NCBI RefSeq assembly: GCF_000478195.2
Contig: NZ_AUZM01000026.1
Span: forward strand, 1 to 32,000
Source of the DNA: Lyngbya aestuarii BL J
GTDB lineage: Bacteria; Cyanobacteriota; Cyanobacteriia; Cyanobacteriales; Microcoleaceae
Length of the DNA stretch: 32,000 nt
Direction of reading: 5' to 3'
Each line of letters begins with the position of its first letter. Within the stretch, counting starts at the first letter, position 1. Below are positions 17,046 through 23,723 of the stretch, in pieces. The position numbers were made by a program, and so were the translations under genes. Under the pieces are notes generated by a model. The model saw only the letters and a program-made list of their open reading frames with translations, ran no database searches and had not been told where the DNA came from.

Positions 17046-17252
17046 ATGAAAATTTGGATTAATGAACAACTTGATCCCTCGGGATTAATTTATTCTTGTA
17101 TTGCTTGCTGTGACGAAGAACAAGCCAAAGCCTGTCACGAATCTTTTGAAAACAACTTGACAGAAACTCAAAAACAACAGGGTTGGATAGCCAGAATGAG
17201 GACGGTTGAATCTTGGGATGAAGTTCCGGTAAGTGCTTTAAAATTAAACTAA
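17046..17252 (+). CDS. 68-aa Cys-containing hypothetical protein.
   Basis: ATG is preceded by gggagag at a 7-nt spacing. Sequence begins MKIWINEQLDPSGLIYSCIACCDEEQAKACHESF. No family recognised. Confidence 0.55.
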   Translation: MKIWINEQLDPSGLIYSCIACCDEEQAKACHESFENNLTETQKQQGWIARMRTVESWDEVPVSALKLN

Positions 17253-17267
17253 ATCTAGAGCAAGAAC

Positions 17268-17717
17268 TTAAAAAGAAACAGCAACTGAACTGGTAACACG
17301 CAAAACTGACTCTTGATTAAATCTTTGTTTGTATTGAGTGATAATTTCTTGAATAAATCGTTTTTCTTTGGGAGTATCTGAGTGAATTAAAATGACCAGT
17401 TTAGTTTGTTCTCGGGTTAAAATCCCCGCAGTATTTAAGTATTGTCCGTCTGCGTCAATAACGGTAAGTCCAGCTTGAAACCGAGGCGTAATCACTTCTT
17501 CTAAAAAACCTTTCCATTCTGCTTCTGTGATTGTTCCTTGCTGTTTGGATAATCCAAAATAAAGTTCATCTTTAGTGAGAGTTTGGCTAACATTGTTCGG
17601 ATAATCTTCAGCATTATCAATAAATTGCGCCTGAACTTCTAATCGTTGAGAAGCGGGAAAGAGAAGAACAGAACCAAGCAAAACCCAACCCAAATACCAC
17701 ATCAGTCTAACTTTCAT
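17268..17717 (-). CDS. Secreted DUF3574-like protein.
   Basis: From ATG 17715-17717: MKVRLMWYLGWVLLGSVLLFPAS (signal peptide). The core ELYFGLSKQQGTITEAEWKGFLEEVITPRFQAGLTVIDADGQY...KLVILIH matches my memory of DUF3574. The longer track start at 17750 would overlap the upstream gene's terminator. Confidence 0.7.
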   Translation of the reverse strand: MKVRLMWYLGWVLLGSVLLFPASQRLEVQAQFIDNAEDYPNNVSQTLTKDELYFGLSKQQGTITEAEWKGFLEEVITPRFQAGLTVIDADGQYLNTAGILTREQTKLVILIHSDTPKEKRFIQEIITQYKQRFNQESVLRVTSSVAVSF

Positions 17718-17748
17718 TGATTCTTCATCAACCCCATTTCTATAACTC

Positions 17749-17776
17749 AAAAAAGGCTAACCACAAAGATTAGCCC
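17749..17776 (-). terminator. Rho-independent terminator of the NmrA-like gene.
   Basis: The minus strand reads ggctaa-tctttgtgg-ttagcc followed by T6. On the plus strand the stems are at 17755-17760 and 17770-17775, with the A-run at 17749-17754. Confidence 0.65.
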
Positions 17777-17803
17777 TTGAACGAAAATGTTAAATTCTAA
17801 CAA

Positions 17804-18679
17804 TTAAGCTCCCAAATAACGACGAAGAAAACTTTCTAACGATTCCATCTTCATATCAAACATCATTTCTAGAGTGTTGATTTCTTCAGGAGTACAGAAA
17901 AACTCATTTCCCAATAACACTCGTAACGTTCCTAAACTCCGTTCAACATCAGAATTCAATACACCAATTGTACTCCGCAATCCATCAAATACAAACAACG
18001 GAGGATTAATCACAATCGGATCTCGGTTAAAAATGCGGCTAAAAATCTGAGCAATATCGCCCCGAGTAATAATTTCTGGACCCCCAACAGACAAGACTTT
18101 ATTTTTTGCACTTTCTACAAAAACCGAATCAATAGCAATACGAGCAATATCATCCGTACTAACAACAGAAGTCCGATTTTGAGGATCTCCAATTAACAAA
18201 TAAATCCCCGTTTGTTTGAACCGTTCAGCCAGAGGTAATAAGCTCGAAGCAAACGCAGACGGACGTAAAATAGTATAGTTTAAACCACTATTTTGTAAAT
18301 ACTTCTCAACCTCTCGTTTGGCTTTAAAAACAGGTGAATCTTCATAACCGCGATCAGCGCCTAACACAGAAGTTAAGACAAAATGTTCAACCCCTGCTTC
18401 CTTCGCCGCATCAATTAATTCAATATTAGCCCGATATTCAACCGCTTGAGGTTTACCCCCTGAACCATGCGAACTCATCACATATTTTACCCCTTGACAA
18501 GCCTTATAAATATCCTTATCTCGCTCTAAATCTCCGATAAAAATATTCGCTCCCCGACTTTCCAATTCAGAATATCGAGAAGTCAACCGCACAAATCCTC
18601 GAACCTCTTTTTCTTGTTGGCGTAGTCGGCGTACAATCCGGCTACCGAGTCCACCTGTTGCTCCGGTTACTAAAAACAT
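17804..18679 (-). CDS. NAD(P)-binding NmrA-like / atypical SDR family protein.
   Basis: 291 aa with the N-terminal Rossmann motif MFLVTGATGGLGSRIVRRL. Confidence 0.85.
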   Translation of the reverse strand: MFLVTGATGGLGSRIVRRLRQQEKEVRGFVRLTSRYSELESRGANIFIGDLERDKDIYKACQGVKYVMSSHGSGGKPQAVEYRANIELIDAAKEAGVEHFVLTSVLGADRGYEDSPVFKAKREVEKYLQNSGLNYTILRPSAFASSLLPLAERFKQTGIYLLIGDPQNRTSVVSTDDIARIAIDSVFVESAKNKVLSVGGPEIITRGDIAQIFSRIFNRDPIVINPPLFVFDGLRSTIGVLNSDVERSLGTLRVLLGNEFFCTPEEINTLEMMFDMKMESLESFLRRYLGA

Positions 18680-18735
18680 GATTGTTCGTCCTTTTACGCA
18701 AAACCTGTACAGGATTATGTTAACGAATATTCAAG

Positions 18736-19215
18736 CTATAATTCATGGAAGTCGTATAAAATAATTCCTGTCTCTGGATCATTGCCAATTCCGACATAAC
18801 CACTTTTGAGCATTTGATTGAGAACCTTTTCGACTTCCTCAAAACTTGCTCCTGTCGCCATTACGCCTTGTGTTACCGAGAGTTTACCGCCTCGGGTTGC
18901 TGCTGCTTTTAAGAGCTTAACTCGGTATTGTTCTTGAGTCGTTGGCGTAACATTATAACTAACGGAAGGTATTGATGAATATAAAGGTACACCTGTGCTG
19001 GAAACCCCAAATTTTGCTTTAATTTTAGCGTTATGTTCCTCCACCATACCCGGAATTAAAAATAAATCTAATAATTGCCCAAACCCAAATAAACCAAAGG
19101 TACACAACCACAATACACCCGTTCCGATTTTGCCATTATAAAAACGGTGCAGTCCATGAAATGGCGTAACAAAACAAGCCGCCCACAATACATAACTAAT
19201 CCCAACTTTATTCAT
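18736..19215 (-). CDS. TM2 domain-containing membrane protein with a soluble C-terminal domain.
   Basis: 159 aa. The TM2-like pattern is YVLWAACFVTPFHGLHRFYNGKIGTGVLWLCTFGLFGFGQLLDLFLI. Confidence 0.8.
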   Translation of the reverse strand: MNKVGISYVLWAACFVTPFHGLHRFYNGKIGTGVLWLCTFGLFGFGQLLDLFLIPGMVEEHNAKIKAKFGVSSTGVPLYSSIPSVSYNVTPTTQEQYRVKLLKAAATRGGKLSVTQGVMATGASFEEVEKVLNQMLKSGYVGIGNDPETGIILYDFHEL

Positions 19216-19356
19216 TGATTTTCCCTTAAGATTATTGTTTTGATCCCGCTCAACCGCCTAAAGGAGAAAGCCGCAGAGAGATTACCGCTTTCTTAATTGT
19301 AAAAAAATTGAGTTAAATTGATAGCGGTTCTTAGGGGTTTACCTCATTTCAATCAT

Positions 19357-19380
19357 AACAAAAGGGCTAAAACTTAGCCC
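19357..19380 (-). terminator. Rho-independent terminator of the GNAT gene.
   Basis: The minus strand reads gggctaa-gtt-ttagccc followed by ttttgtt. On the plus strand the stems are at 19364-19370 and 19374-19380. Confidence 0.6.
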
Positions 19381-19412
19381 CGATCATGATTTGTAGTTTG
19401 AGTTGACTGGTT

Positions 19413-19838
19413 CTACAAACTTTTGACATAGGAAATGCTGGTGTGAACTTTCTCAAAACCCACTGACTCATACAGTCGCAACGCACCGGATGGATTTTCA
19501 GCATCAACCCCTAAAATTGCACTATCCATTCCTTTTGCTTTCAAATATTGCATTGCGGTTAATAACATCGCTTTTCCTAACCCCTGCTGACGAAATCCCC
19601 GTCGGGTTCCTAATACAGCTATCCAGCCTTCGTTATATCCATTGCGTTTGTTATCTTCAGCATGAATGCGGGACTCACAAAAGGCGGCGAATTTACCATC
19701 AGGGGCGATCGCTATTAAGCTTAACTCTGAACTAAATTCTGGATGTTGGGTATTGTGTAGAAATTTCTCAACGGTGAAATTATGGTAATTCCAACGATCG
19801 CATCTAGATCGCTGTCTGTACAAGGGCGCATCATTCAC
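19413..19838 (-). CDS. Short GNAT-family acetyltransferase, possibly N-terminally truncated.
   Basis: 141 aa. The acetyl-CoA motif is RQQGLGKAMLL, with a C-terminal LRLYESVGFEK. The start is GTG, with an in-frame TAA three codons upstream of it (two sense codons between). The usual first beta-strand and helix of the fold are not evident. Confidence 0.6.
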   Translation of the reverse strand: MNDAPLYRQRSRCDRWNYHNFTVEKFLHNTQHPEFSSELSLIAIAPDGKFAAFCESRIHAEDNKRNGYNEGWIAVLGTRRGFRQQGLGKAMLLTAMQYLKAKGMDSAILGVDAENPSGALRLYESVGFEKVHTSISYVKSL

Positions 19839-19974
19839 CTTTGCTTAATTACTGCTTATCTATTGCAGTACATAAATACTACATAGTCAAGAAGCCACAA
19901 AAAAACCCTACTATTGGGTGAGGGGGAATTGGATCATCTCGGATGAAACTTTGACGAAACTTTGTATTCAAGCT

Positions 19975-20018
19975 AAAAAAAAACAATCAAACCCTCTCCT
20001 ACAACGTGTAGGTTGAGG
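19975..20018 (-). terminator. Rho-independent terminator of the 49-aa ORF.
   Basis: The minus strand reads ccctcaacctaca-cgt-tgtaggagaggg followed by tttgattgT9 (plus-strand 19991-20018). The plus-strand A-run is at 19975-19982. Confidence 0.7.
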
Positions 20019-20074
20019 GCTTATATTTGCTTAGACTCTATTGTAAAACTCACTGAAATTAACTTGTATTGAGA

Positions 20075-20224
20075 TTAGTCTTCCCATTCAGAACTGCTAG
20101 CAGGAATGCCCTCAAAGGGTTGTACACCAATCACTGGGGAAATATTATCGCTAAGTGTAAAAATGCGAGCTGCTGCTTCGGAGACATAAACAATCATATC
20201 TGCAAGTGCATGGAAAATATTCAT
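20075..20224 (-). CDS. Untracked 49-aa protein, below the ORF-track size cutoff.
   Basis: My own translation: MNIFHALADMIVYVSEAAARIFTLSDNISPVIGVQPFEGIPASSSEWED. The ATG at 20222-20224 is preceded by gaggtg at a 7-nt spacing. The stop is at 20075-20077. A terminator follows 57 nt downstream. Confidence 0.6.
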   Translation of the reverse strand: MNIFHALADMIVYVSEAAARIFTLSDNISPVIGVQPFEGIPASSSEWED

Positions 20225-20556
20225 ATCTTGTCACCTCTGTCTCTGTAAGTGTATATTGATCCTCTACACTTTTATAATAAAGGAAATAACAGGAATTGTG
20301 TGGTCTTGCAATATTTATTTGCACTCAAAGAATATTTACAATTTTTCAAGTTGTGTTACAGCTTTTGGGAGGCGGTTCACCGAATAAATTAGGCTTGGAA
20401 ATCTCTACAAGATAGACAATGTTAAGGAGAAAGAACAAGCGTTAAGTTCTAGCAACAATTGAAACGAATCTCAATTTCTAAGTATAAAAACTTAGTTAGT
20501 GCTGTGTTGGGTGCGCTAGCTCCGTGTAACACACCCCATTCATTGACGACAGTTAG

Positions 20557-21678
20557 CTATTTGGACAATACAGGGAAATTATTTCTGGATAGTTCTGTCT
20601 TGAAAGTTTCTGCAACTTCCTGTGGTGTCGGTTGAGCATCAGGATGTCCACCAAAAATAGCGCATAAAGCAGCAATATAGGCTTCTCCAAAAAGTGTTGT
20701 CAGCAACGCAGCCGTACTTCCTGCTAAAACTCCACCGACAAGGCTACCTGCACCCGGAATCAGTTTCGCTAAACCACCGAGCAACATATGACCTCCCAGT
20801 GTACCCCCTCCTCCAGCAATTACACTAGAGATGAGTGTTCCTAAAGATGCTTGGCTTAAGTCTAAACCGAACACTGCACTGATACTCGCTAACATTGTCA
20901 TCTGTACAGGAACTAAAGCTACAGCATGAGAAAATGGTATGGGAACAGCACCCACACCAGCAGCACTCGTTGCTGCGGTAGTTACAATTAAATGAGAGCG
21001 TTTGACTTTTTCTCGAAGAGATACTTTTTGAGCGGCTGCTACTGCATTTCTTTGTCCCTCAGGAACGATTTGCATAGTTATATCAATCAATTCTTTTAAA
21101 CCCATAATGGGTTGCAAATGACCATCATCTAACTGCTCAGAAATTGCTCTTACACGAACTACATTTTTAGCTAGAGAAAGTTGTTGTTGTACCTCTGCTC
21201 GAAAGCCATTATCTGCTCTGGCTTTAGTAATTACACCAACAACAGGTACATATCGACTGAGCATTTCCACAAGCTCTTGATCTGCATCTTCAACCCGTCT
21301 GATATCTTCACAAATACACACCCATGCAATATGAATATGGCGGTTGGGATCTGAATGATTGCAACGTTCTTTTATGAGGTTTTCTAATTCACAAATTGTT
21401 TCCTTGTACTTGGCAACCTCCAAACCTCTACTATCAAAAATTGTTAGGGGGAAACCTTCTTTTTTAATCTCTCGTGTAGTGGGTGTGACAGGTTTACCTT
21501 GACCTGTTTCGGCTAGATTTTCATGGAAAACAGCATTAATTAAGGTACTTTTACCAACACCCGTTTTACCCGCTATTAAAAGATTGACATTGCCGCGTAA
21601 ATTTATAGCAGTTTTCATCGCCAATTCCAGACTTTTACTGATATCTACTTCTTGACTTGGTGCTGTTGTATAATTCAT
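20557..21678 (-). CDS. P-loop GTPase with a C-terminal DUF697-like glycine-zipper membrane domain.
   Basis: ATG at 21676-21678 (MNYTTAPSQ) is preceded by gagga; the track start at 21702 is TTG. G1 is GKTGVGKS (21547-21570), G3 is DSRG, and the G4-like motif is ITKAR. The C-terminus reads AAGVGAVPIPFSHAVALVPVQMTMLASISAVFG followed by G/A/L-rich hydrophobic segments. Confidence 0.85.
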   Translation of the reverse strand: MNYTTAPSQEVDISKSLELAMKTAINLRGNVNLLIAGKTGVGKSTLINAVFHENLAETGQGKPVTPTTREIKKEGFPLTIFDSRGLEVAKYKETICELENLIKERCNHSDPNRHIHIAWVCICEDIRRVEDADQELVEMLSRYVPVVGVITKARADNGFRAEVQQQLSLAKNVVRVRAISEQLDDGHLQPIMGLKELIDITMQIVPEGQRNAVAAAQKVSLREKVKRSHLIVTTAATSAAGVGAVPIPFSHAVALVPVQMTMLASISAVFGLDLSQASLGTLISSVIAGGGGTLGGHMLLGGLAKLIPGAGSLVGGVLAGSTAALLTTLFGEAYIAALCAIFGGHPDAQPTPQEVAETFKTELSRNNFPVLSK

Positions 21679-21726
21679 CTGAATTGATCCTCTAAATTCC
21701 AAAATATACCTTGTACAAAACTCAAC

Positions 21727-22230
21727 CTAAAGACCTTTAGTAATTGCTTTTTGTGGATAGCCATTATGTTCCCAAGCACCTGTTACAAAGCCGGCAACAC
21801 CAACGATAGCTAAACCCGCCACTGGGATTTTCTGCAATTTCTTAAATTCGTGAATTTGGAAACAGCGACAATCACCTGTTGTTACTAAACGCGCCCAGTG
21901 TTCACAGTTAAATCGAAAGAGTTCATACTGCCAATTTTTGTGAAACTCATCAACAGAAATATGTAAAGCCTGAATAATTTTATTTCTAGACCAATGATGA
22001 ACGTATTTAGCGGGGTGAAAATGCTTGTTAATTTTCCAAATGTCTATTTCACCTTGATCTTTTTGGCGATCGCTATGAACAGGTTCCCAAGCTAATGACT
22101 CCGTATCATTCAGTTGTACTGAGTAATGCAAGACCTTCTTATTTTTGCGATCTCGATGATACAATAAGCGTCCAAAGTCTGAATGATTTTGATTGTCATC
22201 AATCAGGTTCTGAATTTCTTTCTTATTCAT
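21727..22230 (-). CDS. LRAT / NlpC-P60 (PLAAT-like) papain-fold protein with a C-terminal transmembrane anchor.
   Basis: The NCEHWA motif has its Cys codon at 21904-21906. An upstream His lies in KVLHYSVQL. The C-terminal helix is IPVAGLAIVGVAGFVTGAW. The start is ATG 22228-22230 (MNKKEIQNL) or the track start at 22311. The stop is 24-48 nt from the GTPase start, depending on which GTPase start is used, so the two likely form an operon. Confidence 0.7.
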   Translation of the reverse strand: MNKKEIQNLIDDNQNHSDFGRLLYHRDRKNKKVLHYSVQLNDTESLAWEPVHSDRQKDQGEIDIWKINKHFHPAKYVHHWSRNKIIQALHISVDEFHKNWQYELFRFNCEHWARLVTTGDCRCFQIHEFKKLQKIPVAGLAIVGVAGFVTGAWEHNGYPQKAITKGL

Positions 22231-22481
22231 CAAATTTTGCTTGTGTATACAAGAACTCTGAATGGATAAAAATATGGCAACGTAACGATAATAAATACAG
22301 TCTTTTAGCAAAAATAATTTTGCTGTTTCCTTCAGAAAAAACCTGTCTTTTTCCTCTAACTAAACTTATGCGTCTAGTTTAAAGCTAAATATTTATCGCT
22401 GTCATCGGTACAACCACTGAAAAATAAAAAATTTTAGAATACTCTTAAACTTGTGAAGATCACGTAGGTATGAAAGGGATC

Positions 22482-22623
22482 AGGTGAAAATAGGGTTTAA
22501 CCGATCCGACAGTTAATTTTTGGGGTCTATGGGTTGTGATGGGTTGGAATGCAAAGACCCCTCACCTTCTAGGAGAGGGGAAGGGGTGAGGTCAAAATAG
22601 GGGTTTAAGTGTTGTGATGAGAT
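22482..22623. repeat. Intergenic imperfect direct repeats flanking a G/C-tract palindrome.
   Basis: aggtgaaaatagggtttaa (22482-22500) resembles aggtcaaaataggggtttaa (22589-22608). ggttgtgatggg (22532-22543) resembles gtgttgtgatgag (22609-22621). Between them, cccctc (22558-22563) can pair with gagggg (22575-22580), and cctcacc with ggtgagg. Confidence 0.6.
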
Positions 22624-22645
22624 ATGCTTACTCGAACCCATCTAA

Positions 22646-23518
22646 CTAATTTTGGGTCATCCAACTCACGCATTCTTGCATTTGCTTTTGCATCGTGATA
22701 CTATCAGCAGAATGGCGGTGTCCGTGACCGGGAAGCACCCACTCAAACGCATAATTTACTAACTTTTTCATTGAGTCAATTTGCTCTGACCACGAATACC
22801 AACAGTAGCGACGAAAAGCATAGAGTTGGTTTAATTGACTTGACCAAGCGAGATGATCTCCTGTAAATAAAAACTTGTGATTGTACAATAAAACAGTATG
22901 ACCTTTGCTATGTCCAGGAACGGGAATAATTAAAATATCAGGAGCGAATTGAATATCTTCAAAACCCGAAAGTTTGATTTCTACAGATTGTGTTTCAGCA
23001 GTGAGATCATCTACATGAAGAATGCGATCGCATCCAAAATGATCTCGAAATTTTTGATGATCGGCGACATCATCCCGATGAGTTAAATAGAGATAACGTA
23101 TTCCGCCTAATTCTTCTAAACGTTTCACTAAAGGCGGCGCAAACCGAGGGGAGTCGATGAGAATATTACCGTCTTGACGTTGAATAAAGTAACTCGCCGC
23201 AGCAAACGAACTCTCGGAATGGTAGCCACAATGATAAACGTTATCTGCGATTAAAATGGGGAAACTTTGGTGTATACTTTTAATATCTTTGGGTTTTTCA
23301 AGCGTACCAATTGAAGCCGTTGGACAGGATAACAACGCCTGCATTGCTCGTAATTGTTCGGTTTCGTTACTGGGTTGATGATACACCGCTGACTGTTCAC
23401 CCGCTCTCTTGAACACCTCCGGCGCCATCCATCGACAGGTATCGCAGTCAATACAGCTTTGATCGACGTAAAAGTTACCGCTCTCGTTTTCGGAGCGACG
23501 TTGTTTAAGTTGAGCCAT
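22646..23518 (-). CDS. Ferredoxin-like domain fused to an MBL-fold metallo-hydrolase.
   Basis: 290 aa. The N-terminal Cys cluster is DQSCIDCDTCRWMAPEVF ... LLSCPTASIG. MBL-type motifs are LTHRDDVADH, PGHSKGH and PGHG. Confidence 0.85.
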   Translation of the reverse strand: MAQLKQRRSENESGNFYVDQSCIDCDTCRWMAPEVFKRAGEQSAVYHQPSNETEQLRAMQALLSCPTASIGTLEKPKDIKSIHQSFPILIADNVYHCGYHSESSFAAASYFIQRQDGNILIDSPRFAPPLVKRLEELGGIRYLYLTHRDDVADHQKFRDHFGCDRILHVDDLTAETQSVEIKLSGFEDIQFAPDILIIPVPGHSKGHTVLLYNHKFLFTGDHLAWSSQLNQLYAFRRYCWYSWSEQIDSMKKLVNYAFEWVLPGHGHRHSADSITMQKQMQECVSWMTQN

Positions 23519-23723
23519 CGTTCTTTTCCTTTGCGTACTAACTCATAGTCGTTATGAGTTTATACTAAAAGCATATACATATTTTAGATAAAATGTCAAC
23601 CCACTTGAAAACAGAGATATAACGACACGCAACCCCACACGGACAGTTGAAAAAACTTAAACCAATTTGGGACAAGTTGTAGTATTATCTGTTCCCCATT
23701 TCCTCTTGTTTTTTGCTATAGTT

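Noticed and set aside
22556-22566. HetR-box-like half site. The reverse complement of gacccctcacc is GGTGAGGGGTC, matching the left half of the HetR palindrome I recall (GTGAGGGGTCTAACCCCTCAT).
   Set aside because: Only one half site is present at the correct spacing. The partner motif ggggtgagg is about 20 nt away in the wrong arrangement. G/C tracts like this are common in cyanobacterial intergenic repeats.
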